Shown here one piece after another: positions 23,650 through 38,200 of a stretch of 64,000 bases of DNA (positions within the stretch are counted from its first letter, which is position 1; the number at the start of each line of letters is the position of its first letter). The notes below the pieces were generated by a model. The model saw only the letters and a list, made by a program, of their open reading frames with translations, ran no database searches and was not told where the DNA came from. Source of the stretch: Eledone cirrhosa (taxonomy: Eukaryota); contig OZ024756.1 in assembly GCA_964016885.1 (NCBI GenBank), forward strand, positions 1,860,001 through 1,924,000, read 5' to 3'. The position numbers and the translations under genes are program-made.

Positions 23650-26600
23650 CTGTCTTCAGTACATCTATGTAGTGTGCAGTGTCAGTGATCTGGTCCTCTG
23701 TCTTGCTGTCTTCAGTACATCTGTGAAGTGTGTAGTGTCAGTGATCAGGTCCTCTGTCTTGCTGTCTTCAGTACATCTATGAAGTGTGCAGTGTCAGTGA
23801 TCTGGTCCTCTGTCTTGCTGTCTTCAGTACTTCTATGAAGTGTGCAGTGTCAGTGATCTGGTCCTCTGTCTTGCTGTCTTCAGTACATCTATGAAGTGTG
23901 CAGTGTCAGTGATCTGGTCCTCTGTCCTGCTGTCTTCAGTACATCTATGAAGTGTGCAGTGTCAGTGATCTGGTCCTCTGTCTTGCTGTCTTCAGTACAT
24001 CTATGAAGTGTGCAGTGTCAGTGATCTGGTCCTCTGTCTTGCTGTCTTCAGTTCATCTATGAAGTGTGCAGTGTCAGTGATCTTGTCCTCTGTCTTGCTG
24101 TCTTCAGTACATCTATGAAGTGTGTAGTGTCATTGATCTGGTCCTCTGTCTTGCTGTCTTCAGTACATCTATGAAGTGTGCAGTGTCAGTGATCTGGTCC
24201 TCTGTCTTGCTGTCTTCAGTTCATCTATGAAGTGTGTAGTGTCATTGATCTGGTCCTCTGTCTTGCTGTCTTCAGTACATCTATGAAGTGTGCAGTGTCA
24301 GTGATCTGGTCCTCTGTCTTGCTGTCTTCAGTACATCTATGAAGTGTGTAGTGTCATTGATCTGGTCCTCTGTCTTGCTGTCTTCAGTACATCTATGAAG
24401 TGTGCAGTGTCAGTGATCTGGTCTTCTGTCTTGCTGTCTTCAGTTCAACTATGTATTGTGCAGTGTCAGTGATCTGGTCCTCTGTCTTTCTGTCTTCAGT
24501 ACATCTATGAAGTGTGCAGTGTCAGTGATCTGGTACTCTGTCTTTCTGTCTTCAGTACATCTATGAAGTGTGCAGTGTCAGTGATCTCGTCCTCTGTCTT
24601 GCTGTCTTCAGTTCATCTATGAAGTGTGCAGTGTCAGTGATCTGGTCCTCTGTCTTGCTGTCTTCAGTTCATCTATGTAGTGTGCAGTGTCAGTGATCTG
24701 GTCCTCTGTCTTTCTGTCTTCAGTACATCTATGAAGTGTGCAGTGTCAGTGATCTGGTCCTCTCTCTTGCTGTCTTCAGTTCATCTATTTAGTGTGCAGC
24801 ATCAGTGATCTGGTCCTCTGTCTTGCTGTCTTCAGTACATATATGAAGTGTGCAGTGTCAGTGATCTGGTCCTTTGTCTTGCTGTCTTCATTTCCTCTAT
24901 GTAGTGTGCAGTGTCAGTGATCTGGTCCTCTGTCTTGCTGTCTTCAGTACATCTATGAAGTGTGCAGTGTCAGTGATCTGGTCCTCCGTCTTGCTGTCTT
25001 CAGTACATCTATGAAGTGTGCAGTGTCAGGGATCTGGTCCTCTGTCTTGCTGTCTTCAGTTCATCTACGAAGCGTGCAGTGTCAGTTATCTGGTCCTCTG
25101 TCTTGCTGTCTTCAGTACATCTATGAAGTGTGCAGTGTCAGTGATCTGGTCCTCTGTCTTGCTGTCTTCAGTACATCTGTGAAGTTTGTAGTGTCAGTGA
25201 TCAGGTCCTCTGTCTTGCTGTCTTCAGTACATCTATGTAGTGTGCAGTGTCAGTGATCAGGTCCTCTGTCTTCCTCTCTTCAGTACATCTGTGAAGTGTG
25301 TAGTGTCAGTGATCAGGTCCTCTGTCTGCCTGTCTTCAGTACATCTGTGAAGTGTGTAGTGTCAGTGATCAGGTCCTCTGTCTTGCTGTCTTAAGTACAT
25401 CTATGAAGTGTGCAGTGTCAGTGATCTGGTCCTCTGTCTTGCTGTCTTCAGTACATCTGTGAACTTTGTAGTGTCAGTGATCAGATCCTCTGTCTTGCTG
25501 TCTTCAGTACATCTATGTAGTGTGCAGTGTCAGTGATCTGGTCCTCTGTCTTGCTGTCTTCAGTACATCTGTGAAGTGTGTAGTGTCAGTGATCAGGTCC
25601 TCTGTCTTGCTGTCTTCAGTACATCTATGAAGTGTGCAGTGTCAGTGATCTGGTCCTCTGTCTTGCTGTCTTCAGTACTTCTATGAAGTGTGCAGTGTCA
25701 GTGATCTGGTCCTCTGTCTTGCTGTCTTCAGTACATCTATGAAGTGTGCAGTGTCAGTGATCTGGTCCTCTGTCCTGCTGTCTTCAGTACATCTATGAAG
25801 TGTGCAGTGTCAGTGATCTGGTCCTCTGTCTTGCTGTCTTCAGTACATCTATGAAGTGTGCAGTGTCAGTGATCTGGTCCTCTGTCTTGCTGTCTTCAGT
25901 TCATCTATGAAGTGTGCAGTGTCAGTGATCAGATCCTCTGTCTTGCTGTCTTCAGTTCATCTATGAATTGTGCAGTGTCAGTGATCTGGTCCTCTGTCTT
26001 GCTGTCTTCAGTACATCTATGAAGTGTGCAGTGTCAGTGATCTGGTCCTCTGTCTTGCTGTCTTCAGTACATCTATGAAGTGTGTAGTGTCATTGATCTG
26101 GTCCTCTGTCTTGCTGTCTTCAGTACATCTATGAAGTGTGCAGTGTCAGTGATCTGGTCCTCTGTCTTGCTGTCTTCAGTTCATCTATGAAGTGTGTAGT
26201 GTCATTGATCTGGTCCTCTGTCTTGCTGTCTTCAGTACATCTATGAAGTGTGCAGTGTCAGTGATCTGGTCCTCTGTCTTGCTGTCTTCAGTACATCTAT
26301 GAAGTGTGTAGTGTCATTGATCTGGTCCTCTGTCTTGCTGTCTTCAGTACATCTATGAAGTGTGCAGTGTCAGTGATCTGGACTTCTGTCTTGCTGTCTT
26401 CAGTTCAACTATGTATTGTGCAGTGTCAGTGATCTGGTCCTCTGTCTTGCTGTCTTCAGTACATCTATGTAGTGTGCAGTGTCAGTGATCAGGTCCTCTG
26501 TCTTGCTGTCTTCAGTACATCTATGTAGTGTGCAGTGTCAGTGATCTGGTCCTCTGTCTTGCTGTCTTCAGTACATCTGTGAAGTGTGTAGTGTCAGTGA

Positions 26601-29280
26601 TCAGGTCCTCTGTCTTGCTGTCTTCAGTACATCTATGAAGTGTGCAGTGTCAGTGATCTGGTCCTCTGTCTTGCTGTCTTCAGTACTTCTATGAAGTGTG
26701 CAGTGTCAGTGATCTGGTCCTCTGTCTTGCTGTCTTCAGTACATCTATGAAGTGTGCAGTGTCAGTGATCTGGTCCTCTGTCCTGCTGTCTTCAGTTCAT
26801 CTATGAAGTGTGCAGTGTCAGTGATCTGGTCCTCTGTCTTGCTGTCTTCAGTACATCTATGAAGTGTGCAGTGTCAGTGATCTGGTCCTCTGTCTTGCTG
26901 TCTTCAGTTCATCTATGAAGTGTGCAGTGTCAGTGATCTTGTCCTCTGTCTTGCTGTCTTCAGTACATCTATGAAGTGTGTAGTGTCATTGATCTGGTCC
27001 TCTGTCTTGCTGTCTTCAGTACATCTATGAAGTGTGCAGTGTCAGTGATCTGGTCCTCTGTCTTGCTGTCTTCAGTTCATCTATGAAGTGTGTAGTGTCA
27101 TTGATCTGGTCCTCTGTCTTGCTGTCTTCAGTACATCTATGAAGTGTGCAGTGTCAGTGATCTGGTCCTCTGTCTTGCTGTCTTCAGTACATCTATGAAG
27201 TGTGTAGTGTCATTGATCTGGTCCTCTGTCTTGCTGTCTTCAGTACATCTATGAAGTGTGCAGTGTCAGTGATCTGGTCTTCTGTCTTGCTGTCTTCAGT
27301 TCAACTATGTATTGTGCAGTGTCAGTGATCTGGTCCTCTGTCTTTCTGTCTTCAGTACATCTATGAAGTGTGCAGTGTCAGTGATCTGGTACTCTGTCTT
27401 TCTGTCTTCAGTACATCTATGAAGTGTGCAGTGTCAGTGATCTCGTCCTCTGTCTTGCTGTCTTCAGTTCATCTATGAAGTGTGCAGTGTCAGTGATCTG
27501 GTCCTCTGTCTTGCTGTCTTCAGTTCATCTATGTAGTGTGCAGTGTCAGTGATCTGGTCCTCTGTCTTTCTGTCTTCAGTACATCTATGAAGTGTGCAGT
27601 GTCAGTGATCTGGTCCTCTCTCTTGCTGTCTTCAGTTCATCTATTTAGTGTGCAGCGTCAGTGATCTGGTCCTCTGTCTTGCTGTCTTCAGTACATATAT
27701 GAAGTGTGCAGTGTCAGTGATCTGGTCCTTTGTCTTGCTGTCTTCATTTCCTCTATGTAGTGTGCAGTGTCAGTGATCTGGTCCTCTGTCTTGCTGTCTT
27801 CAGTACATCTATGAAGTGTGCAGTGTCAGTGATCTGGTCCTCCGTCTTGCTGTCTTCAGTACATCTATGAAGTGTGCAGTGTCAGGGATCTGGTCCTCTG
27901 TCTTGCTGTCTTCAGTTCATCTACGAAGCGTGCAGTGTCAGTTATCTGGTCCTCTGTCTTGCTGTCTTCAGTACATCTATGAAGTGTGCAGTGTCAGTGA
28001 TCTGGTCCTCTGTCTTGCTGTCTTCAGTACAGCTGTGAAGTTTGTAGTGTCAGTGATCAGGTCCTCTGTCTTGCTGTCTTCAGTACATCTATGTAGTGTG
28101 CAGTGTCAGTGATCAGGTCCTCTGTCTTCCTCTCTTCAGTACATCTGTGAAGTGTGTAGTGTCAGTGATCAGGTCCTCTGTCTGCCTGTCTTCAGTACAT
28201 CTGTGAAGTGTGTAGTGTCAGTGATCAGGTCCTCTGTCTTGCTGTCTTAAGTACATCTATGAAGTGTGCAGTGTCAGTGATCTGGTCCTCTGTCTTGCTG
28301 TCTTCAGTACATCTGTGAACTTTGTAGTGTCAGTGATCAGATCCTCTGTCTTGCTGTCTTCAGTACATCTATGTAGTGTGCAGTGTCAGTGATCTGGTCC
28401 TCTGTCTTGCTGTCTTCAGTACATCTGTGAAGTGTGTAGTGTCAGTGATCAGGTCCTCTGTCTTGCTGTCTTCAGTACATCTATGAAGTGTGCAGTGTCA
28501 GTGATCTGGTCCTCTGTCTTGCTGTCTTCAGTACTTCTATGAAGTGTGCAGTGTCAGTGATCTGGTCCTCTGTCTTGCTGTCTTCAGTACATCTATGAAG
28601 TGTGCAGTGTCAGTGATCTGGTCCTCTGTCCTGCTGTCTTCAGTACATCTATGAAGTGTGCAGTGTCAGTGATCTGGTCCTCTGTCTTGCTGTCTTCAGT
28701 ACATCTATGAAGTGTGCAGTGTCAGTGATCTGGTCCTCTGTCTTGCTGTCTTCAGTTCATCTATGAAGTGTGCAGTGTCAGTGATCAGATCCTCTGTCTT
28801 GCTGTCTTCAGTTCATCTATGAATTGTGCAGTGTCAGTGATCTGGTCCTCTGTCTTGCTGTCTTCAGTACATCTATGAAGTGTGCAGTGTCAGTGATCTG
28901 GTCCTCTGTCTTGCTGTCTTCAGTACATCTATGAAGTGTGTAGTGTCATTGATCTGGTCCTCTGTCTTGCTGTCTTCAGTACATCTATGAAGTGTGCAGT
29001 GTCAGTGATCTGGTCCTCTGTCTTGCTGTCTTCAGTTCATCTATGAAGTGTGTAGTGTCATTGATCTGGTCCTCTGTCTTGCTGTCTTCAGTACATCTAT
29101 GAAGTGTGCAGTGTCAGTGATCTGGTCCTCTGTCTTGCTGTCTTCAGTACATCTATGAAGTGTGTAGTGTCATTGATCTGGTCCTCTGTCTTGCTGTCTT
29201 CAGTACATCTATGAAGTGTGCAGTGTCAGTGATCTGGACTTCTGTCTTGCTGTCTTCAGTTCAACTATGTATTGTGCAGT
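23650..29280. repeat. Tandem duplication of 51 monomers (2856 bp), 2 copies
   Basis: CTACGAAGCG...CAGTTATC at 25065/27921, TCTGCC at 25325/28181 and GACTTCTG at 26381/29237 all share the 2856 offset. So do ORF twins 24960/27816. Confidence 0.9.
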
Positions 29281-32200
29281 GTCAGTGATCTGGTCCTCTG
29301 TCTTTCTGTCTTCAGTACATCTATGAAGTGTGCAGTGTCAGTGATCTGGTACTCTGTCTTGCTGTCTTCAGTACATCTATGAAGTGTGCAGTGTCAGTGA
29401 TCTCGTCCTCTGTCTTGCTGTCTTCAGTTCATCTATGAAGTGTGCAGTGTCAGTGATCTGGTCCTCTGTCTTGCTGTCTTCAGTTCATCTATGTAGTGTG
29501 CAGTGTCAGTGATCTGGTCCTCTGTCTTTCTGTCTTCAGTACATCTATGAAGTGTGCAGTGTCAGTGATCTGGTCCTCTCTCTTGCTGTCTTCAGTTCAT
29601 CTATTTAGTGTGCAGCGTCAGTGATCTGGTCCTCTGTCTTGCTGTCTTCAGTACATCTATGAAGTGTGCAGTGTCAGTGATCTGGTCCTCTGTCTTGCTT
29701 TCTTCAGTTCATCTATGTAGTGTGCAGTGTCAGTGATCTGGTCCTCTGTCTTGCTGTCTTCAGTACATCTATGAAGTGTGCAGTGTCAGTGATCTGGTCC
29801 TTTGTCTTGCTGTCTTCATTTCCTCTATGTAGTGTGCAGTGTCAGTGATCTGGTCCTCTGTCTTGCTGTCTTCAGTACATCTATGAAGTGTGCAGTGTCA
29901 GTGATCTGGTCCTCCGTCTTGCTGTCTTCAGTACATCTATGAAGTGTGCAGTGTCAGTGATCTGGTCCTCTGTCTTGCTGTCTTCAGTACATCTATGAAG
30001 TGTGCAGTGTCAGTGATCTGGTCCTCTGTCTTGCTGTCTTCAGTACATCTATGAAGTGTGCAGTGTCAGTGATCTGGTCCTCTGTCTTGCTGTCTTCAGT
30101 ACATCTGTGAAATTTGTAGTGTCAATGATCAGGTCCTCTGTCTTGCTGTCTTCAGTACATCTATGTAGTGTGCAGTGTCAGTGATCAGGTCCTCTGTCTT
30201 CCTGTCTTCAGTAAATCTGTGAAGTGTGTAGTGTCAGTGATCAGGTCCTCTGTCTTGCTGTCTTAAGTACATCTATGTAGTGTGCAGTGTCAGTGATCAG
30301 GTCCTCTGTCTTGCTGTCTTCAGTACATCTATGAAGTGTGCAGTGTCAGTGATCTTGTCCTCTGTCTTGCTGTCTTCAGTACATCTATGAAGTGTGCAGT
30401 GTCAGTGATCTGGTCCTCTGTCTTGCTGTCTTCAGTACATCTGTGAACTTTGTAGTGTCAGTGATCAGATCCTCTGTCTTGCTGTCTTCAGTACATCTAT
30501 GTAGTGTGCAGTGTCAGTGATCTGGTCCTCTGTCTTGCTGTCTTCAGTACATCTATGAAGTGTGCAGTGTCAGTGATCTGGTCCTCTGTCTTGCTGTCTT
30601 CAGTACATCCATGAAGTGTGCAGTGTCAGTGATCTGGGCCTCTGTCTTGCTGTCTTCAGTTCATCTATGAAGTGTGTAGTGTCATTGATCTGGTCCTCTG
30701 TCTTGCTGTCTTCAGTACATCTATGAAGTGTGCAGTGTCAGTGATCTGGTCCTCTGTCTTGCGGTCTTCAGTACATCTATGAAGTGTGTAGTGTCATTGA
30801 TCTGGTCCTCTGTCTTGCTGTCTTCAGTACATCTATGAAGTGTGCAGTGTCAGTGATCTGGTCTTCTGTCTTGCTGTCTTCAGTTCAACTATGTATTGTG
30901 CAGTGTCAGTGATCTGGTCCTCTGTCTTTCTGTCTTCAGTACATCTATGAAGTGTGCAGTGTCAGTGATCTGGTACTCTGTCTTGCTGTCTTCAGTTCAT
31001 CTATGAAGTGTGCAGTGTCAGTGATCTCGTCCTCTGTCTTGCTGTCTTCAGTTCATCTATGAAGTGTGCAGTGTCAGTGATCTGGTCCTTTGTCTTGCTG
31101 TCTTCATTTCCTCTATGTAGTGTGCAGTGTCAGTGATCTGGTCCTCTGTCTTGCTGTCTTCAGTACATCTATGAAGTGTGCAGTGTCAGTGATCTGGTCC
31201 TCCGTCTTGCTGTCTTCAGTACATCTATGAAGTGTGCAGTGTCAGTGATCTGGTCCTCTGTCTTGCTGTCTTCAGTACATCTATGAAGTGTGCAGTGTCA
31301 GGGATCTGGTCCTCTGTCTTGCTGTCTTCAGTTCATCTATGAAGTGTGCAGTGTCAGTGATCTGGTCCTCTGTCTTGCTGTCTTCAGTACATCTATGAAG
31401 TGTGCAGTGTCAGTGATCTGGTCCTCTGTCTTGCTGTCTTCAGTACATCTGTGAAGTTTGTAGTGTCAGTGATCAGGTCCTCTGTCTTGCTGTCTTCAGT
31501 ACATCTATGTAGTGTGCAGTGTCAGTGATCAGGTCCTCTGTCTTCCTGTCTTCAGTACATCTGTGAAGTGTGTAGTGTCAGTGATCAGGTCCTCTGTCTT
31601 GCTGTCTTAAGTACATCTATGTAGTGTGCAGTGTCAGTGATCAGGTCCTCTCTCTTGCTGTCTTCAGTACATCTATGAAGTGTGCAGTGTCAGTGATCTG
31701 GTCCTCTGTCTTGCTGTCTTCAGTACATCTATGAAGTGTGCAGTGTCAGTGATCTGGTCCTCTGTCTTGCTGTCTTCAGTACATCTGTGAACTTTGTAGT
31801 GTCAGTGATCAGATCCTCTGTCTTGCTGTCTTCAGTACATCTATGTAGTGTGCAGTGTCAGTGATCTGGTCCTCTGTCTTGCTGTCTTCAGTACATCTAT
31901 GAAGTGTGCAGTGTCAGTGATCTGGTCCTCTGTCTTGCTGTCTTCAGTTCATCTATGAAGTGTGCAGTGTCAGTGATCTGGTCCTCTGTCTTGCTGTCTT
32001 CAGTACATCTGTGAAGTTTGTAGTGTCAGTGATCAGGTCCTCTGTCTTGCTGTCTTCAGTACATCTATGTAGTGTGCAGTGTCAGTGATCTGGTCCTCTG
32101 TCTTCCTGTCTTCAGTACATCTGTGAAGTGTGCAGTGTCAGTGATCAGGTCCTCTGTCTTGCTGTCTTAAGTACATCTATGTAGTGTGCAGTGTCAGTGA

Positions 32201-35200
32201 TCAGGTCTTCTGTCTTGCTGTCTTCAGTACATCTATGTAGTGTGCAGTGTCAGTGATCTGGTCCTCTGTCTTGCTGTCTTCAGTACATCTGTGAAGTGTG
32301 TAGTGTCAGTGATCAGGTCCTCTGTCTTGCTGTCTTCAGTACATCTATGAAGTGTGCAGTGTCAGTGATCTGGTCCTCTGTCTTGCTGTCTTCAGTACTT
32401 CTATGAAGTGTGCAGTGTCAGTGATCTGGTCCTCTGTCTTGCTGTCTTCAGTACATCTATGAAGTGTGCAGTGTCAGTGATCTGGTCCTCTGTCCTGCTG
32501 TCTTCAGTACATCTATGAAGTGTGCAGTGTCAGTGATCTGGTCCTCTGTCTTGCTGTCTTCAGTACATCTATGAAGTGTGCAGTGTCAGTGATCTGGTCC
32601 TCTGTCTTGCAGTCTTCAGTTCATCTATGAAGTGTGCAGTGTCAGTGATCAGATCCTCTGTCTTGCTGTCTTCAGTTCATCTATGAATTGTGCAGTGTCA
32701 GTGATCTGGTCCTCTGTCTTGCTGTCTTCAGTACATCTATGAAGTGTGCAGTGTCAGTGATCTGGTCCTCTGTCTTGCTGTCTTCAGTACATCTATGAAG
32801 TGTGTAGTGTCATTGATCTGGTCCTCTGTCTTGCTGTCTTCAGTTCATCTATGAAGTGTGTAGTGTCATTGATCTGGTCCTCTGTCTTGCTGTCTTCAGT
32901 ACATCTATGAAGTGTGCAGTGTCAGTGATCTGGTCCTCTGTCTTGCTGTCTTCAGTACATCTATGAAGTGTGTAGTGTCATTGATCTGGTCCTCTGTCTT
33001 GCTGTCTTCAGTACATCTATGAAGTGTGCAGTGTCAGTGATCTGGTCTTCTGTCTTGCTGTCTTCAGTTCAACTATGTATTGTGCAGTGTCAGTGATCTG
33101 GTCCTCTGTCTTTCTGTCTTCAGTACATATATGAAGTGTGCAGTGTCAGTGATCTGGTACTCTGTCTTGCTGTCTTCAGTACATCTATGAAGTGTGCAGT
33201 GTCAGTGATCTCGTCCTCTGTCTTGCTGTCTTCAGTTCATCTATGAAGTGTGCAGTGTCAGTGATCTGGTCCTCTGTCTTGCTGTCTTCAGTTCATCTAT
33301 GTAGTGTGCAGTGTCAGTGATCTGGTCCTCTGTCTTTCTGTCTTCAGTACATCTATGAAGTGTGCAGTGTCAGTGATCTGGTCCTCTCTCTTGCTGTCTT
33401 CAGTTCATCTATTTAGTGTGCAGCGTCAGTGATCTGGTCCTCTGTCTTGCTGTCTTCAGTACATCTATGAAGTGTGCAGTGTCAGTGATCTGGTCCTCTG
33501 TCTTGCTTTCTTCAGTTCATCTATGTAGTGTGCAGTGTCAGTGATCTGGTCCTCTGTCTTGCTGTCTTCAGTACATCTATGAAGTGTGCAGTGTCAGTGA
33601 TCTGGTCCTTTGTCTTGCTGTCTTCATTTCCTCTATGTAGTGTGCAGTGTCAGTGATCTGGTCCTCTGTCTTGCTGTCTTCAGTACATCTATGAAGTGTG
33701 CAGTGTCAGTGATCTGGTCCTCCGTCTTGCTGTCTTCAGTACATCTATGAAGTGTGCAGTGTCAGTGATCTGGTCCTCTGTCTTGCTGTCTTCAGTACAT
33801 CTATGAAGTGTGCAGTGTCAGGGATCTGGTCCTCTGTCTTGCTGTCTTCAGTTCATCTATGAAGTGTGCAGTGTCAGTGATCTGGTCCTCTGTCTTGCTG
33901 TCTTCAGTACATCTATGAAGTGTGCAGTGTCAGTGATCTGGTCCTCTGTCTTGCTGTCTTCAGTACATCTGTGAAGTTTGTAGTGTCAGTGATCAGGTCC
34001 TCTGTCTTGCTGTCTTCAGTACATCTATGTAGTGTGCAGTGTCAGTGATCAGGTCCTCTGTCTTCCTGTCTTCAGTACATCTGTGAAGTGTGTAGTGTCA
34101 GTGATCAGGTCCTCTGTCTTGCTGTCTTAAGTACATCTATGTAGTGTGCAGTGTCAGTGATCAGGTACTCTGTCTTGCTGTCTTAAGTACATCTATGTAG
34201 TGTGCAGTGTCAGTGATCAGGTCCTCTGTCTTGCTGTCTTCAGTACATCTATGTAGTGTGCAGTGTCAGTGATCTGGTCCTCTGTCTTGCTGTCTTCAGT
34301 ACATCTATGAAGTGTGCAGTGTCAGGGATCTGGTCCGCTGTCTTGCTGTCTTCAGTTCATCTATGAAGTATGCAGTATCAGTGATCTGGTCCTCTGTCTT
34401 GCTGTCTTCAGTACATCTATGAAGTGTGCAGTGTCAGTGATCTGGGCCTCTGTCTTGCTGTCTTCAGTTCATCTATGAAGTGTGTAGTGTCATTGATCTG
34501 GTCCTCTGTCTTGCTGTCTTCAGTACATCTATGAAGTGTGCAGTGTCAGTGATCTGGTCCTCTGTCTTGCGGTCTTCAGTACATCTATGAAGTGTGTAGT
34601 GTCATTGATCTGGTCCTCTGTCTTGCTGTCTTCAGTACATCTATGAAGTGTGCAGTGTCAGTGATCTGGTCTTCTGTCTTGCTGTCTTCAGTTCAACTAT
34701 GTATTGTGCAGTGTCAGTGATCTGGTCCTCTGTCTTTCTGTCTTCAGTACATCTATGAAGTGTGCAGTGTCAGTGATCTGGTACTCTGTCTTGCTGTCTT
34801 CAGTTCATCTATGAAGTGTGCAGTGTCAGTGATCTCGTCCTCTGTCTTGCTGTCTTCAGTTCATCTATGAAGTGTGCAGTGTCAGTGATCTGGTCCTTTG
34901 TCTTGCTGTCTTCATTTCCTCTATGTAGTGTGCAGTGTCAGTGATCTGGTCCTCTGTCTTGCTGTCTTCAGTACATCTATGAAGTGTGCAGTGTCAGTGA
35001 TCTGGTCCTCCGTCTTGCTGTCTTCAGTACATCTATGAAGTGTGCAGTGTCAGTGATCTGGTCCTCTGTCTTGCTGTCTTCAGTACATCTATGAAGTGTG
35101 CAGTGTCAGTGATCTGGTCCTCTGTCTTGCTGTCTTCAGTACATCTGTGAAGTGTGTAGTGTCAGTGATCAGGTCCTCTGTCTGCCTGTCTTCAGTACAT

Positions 35201-38200
35201 CTGTGAAGTGTGTAGTGTCAGTGATCAGGTCCTCTGTCTTGCTGTCTTAAGTACATCTATGAAGTGTGCAGTGTCAGTGATCTGGTCCTCTGTCTTGCTG
35301 TCTTCAGTACATCTGTGAACTTTGTAGTGTCAGTGATCAGATCCTCTGTCTTGCTGTCTTCAGTACATCTATGTAGTGTGCAGTGTCAGTGATCTGGTCC
35401 TCTGTCTTGCTGTCTTCAGTACATCTGTGAAGTGTGTAGTGTCAGTGATCAGGTCCTCTGTCTTGCTGTCTTCAGTACATCTATGAAGTGTGCAGTGTCA
35501 GTGATCTGGTCCTCTGTCTTGCTGTCTTCAGTACTTCTATGAAGTGTGCAGTGTCAGTGATCTGGTCCTCTGTCTTGCTGTCTTCAGTACATCTATGAAG
35601 TGTGCAGTGTCAGTGATCTGGTCCTCTGTCCTGCTGTCTTCAGTACATCTATGAAGTGTGCAGTGTCAGTGATCTGGTCCTCTGTCTTGCTGTCTTCAGT
35701 ACATCTATGAAGTGTGCAGTGTCAGTGATCTGGTCCTCTGTCTTGCTGTCTTCAGTTCATCTATGAAGTGTGCAGTGTCAGTGATCAGATCCTCTGTCTT
35801 GCTGTCTTCAGTTCATCTATGAATTGTGCAGTGTCAGTGATCTGGTCCTCTGTCTTGCTGTCTTCAGTACATCTATGAAGTGTGCAGTGTCAGTGATCTG
35901 GTCCTCTGTCTTGCTGTCTTCAGTACATCTATGAAGTGTGTAGTGTCATTGATCTGGTCCTCTGTCTTGCTGTCTTCAGTACATCTATGAAGTGTGCAGT
36001 GTCAGTGATCTGGTCCTCTGTCTTGCTGTCTTCAGTTCATCTATGAAGTGTGTAGTGTCATTGATCTGGTCCTCTGTCTTGCTGTCTTCAGTACATCTAT
36101 GAAGTGTGCAGTGTCAGTGATCTGGTCCTCTGTCTTGCTGTCTTCAGTACATCTATGAAGTGTGTAGTGTCATTGATCTGGTCCTCTGTCTTGCTGTCTT
36201 CAGTACATCTATGAAGTGTGCAGTGTCAGTGATCTGGACTTCTGTCTTGCTGTCTTCAGTTCAACTATGTATTGTGCAGTGTCAGTGATCTGGTCCTCTG
36301 TCTTTCTGTCTTCAGTACATCTATGAAGTGTGCAGTGTCAGTGATCTGGTACTCTGTCTTGCTGTCTTCAGTACATCTATGAAGTGTGCAGTGTCAGTGA
36401 TCTCGTCCTCTGTCTTGCTGTCTTCAGTTCATCTATGAAGTGTGCAGTGTCAGTGATCTGGTCCTCTGTCTTGCTGTCTTCAGTTCATCTATGTAGTGTG
36501 CAGTGTCAGTGATCTGGTCCTCTGTCTTTCTGTCTTCAGTACATCTATGAAGTGTGCAGTGTCAGTGATCTGGTCCTCTCTCTTGCTGTCTTCAGTTCAT
36601 CTATTTAGTGTGCAGCGTCAGTGATCTGGTCCTCTGTCTTGCTGTCTTCAGTACATCTATGAAGTGTGCAGTGTCAGTGATCTGGTCCTCTGTCTTGCTT
36701 TCTTCAGTTCATCTATGTAGTGTGCAGTGTCAGTGATCTGGTCCTCTGTCTTGCTGTCTTCAGTACATCTATGAAGTGTGCAGTGTCAGTGATCTGGTCC
36801 TTTGTCTTGCTGTCTTCATTTCCTCTATGTAGTGTGCAGTGTCAGTGATCTGGTCCTCTGTCTTGCTGTCTTCAGTACATCTATGAAGTGTGCAGTGTCA
36901 GTGATCTGGTCCTCCGTCTTGCTGTCTTCAGTACATCTATGAAGTGTGCAGTGTCAGTGATCTGGTCCTCTGTCTTGCTGTCTTCAGTACATCTATGAAG
37001 TGTGCAGTGTCAGTGATCTGGTCCTCTGTCTTGCTGTCTTCAGTACATCTATGAAGTGTGCAGTGTCAGTGATCTGGTCCTCTGTCTTGCTGTCTTCAGT
37101 ACATCTGTGAAATTTGTAGTGTCAATGATCAGGTCCTCTGTCTTGCTGTCTTCAGTACATCTATGTAGTGTGCAGTGTCAGTGATCAGGTCCTCTGTCTT
37201 CCTGTCTTCAGTAAATCTGTGAAGTGTGTAGTGTCAGTGATCAGGTCCTCTGTCTTGCTGTCTTAAGTACATCTATGTAGTGTGCAGTGTCAGTGATCAG
37301 GTCCTCTGTCTTGCTGTCTTCAGTACATCTATGAAGTGTGCAGTGTCAGTGATCTTGTCCTCTGTCTTGCTGTCTTCAGTACATCTATGAAGTGTGCAGT
37401 GTCAGTGATCTGGTCCTCTGTCTTGCTGTCTTCAGTACATCTGTGAACTTTGTAGTGTCAGTGATCAGATCCTCTGTCTTGCTGTCTTCAGTACATCTAT
37501 GTAGTGTGCAGTGTCAGTGATCTGGTCCTCTGTCTTGCTGTCTTCAGTACATCTATGAAGTGTGCAGTGTCAGTGATCTGGTCCTCTGTCTTGCTGTCTT
37601 CAGTACATCCATGAAGTGTGCAGTGTCAGTGATCTGGGCCTCTGTCTTGCTGTCTTCAGTTCATCTATGAAGTGTGTAGTGTCATTGATCTGGTCCTCTG
37701 TCTTGCTGTCTTCAGTACATCTATGAAGTGTGCAGTGTCAGTGATCTGGTCCTCTGTCTTGCGGTCTTCAGTACATCTATGAAGTGTGTAGTGTCATTGA
37801 TCTGGTCCTCTGTCTTGCTGTCTTCAGTACATCTATGAAGTGTGCAGTGTCAGTGATCTGGTCTTCTGTCTTGCTGTCTTCAGTTCAACTATGTATTGTG
37901 CAGTGTCAGTGATCTGGTCCTCTGTCTTTCTGTCTTCAGTACATCTATGAAGTGTGCAGTGTCAGTGATCTGGTACTCTGTCTTGCTGTCTTCAGTTCAT
38001 CTATGAAGTGTGCAGTGTCAGTGATCTCGTCCTCTGTCTTGCTGTCTTCAGTTCATCTATGAAGTGTGCAGTGTCAGTGATCTGGTCCTTTGTCTTGCTG
38101 TCTTCATTTCCTCTATGTAGTGTGCAGTGTCAGTGATCTGGTCCTCTGTCTTGCTGTCTTCAGTACATCTATGAAGTGTGCAGTGTCAGTGATCTGGTCC

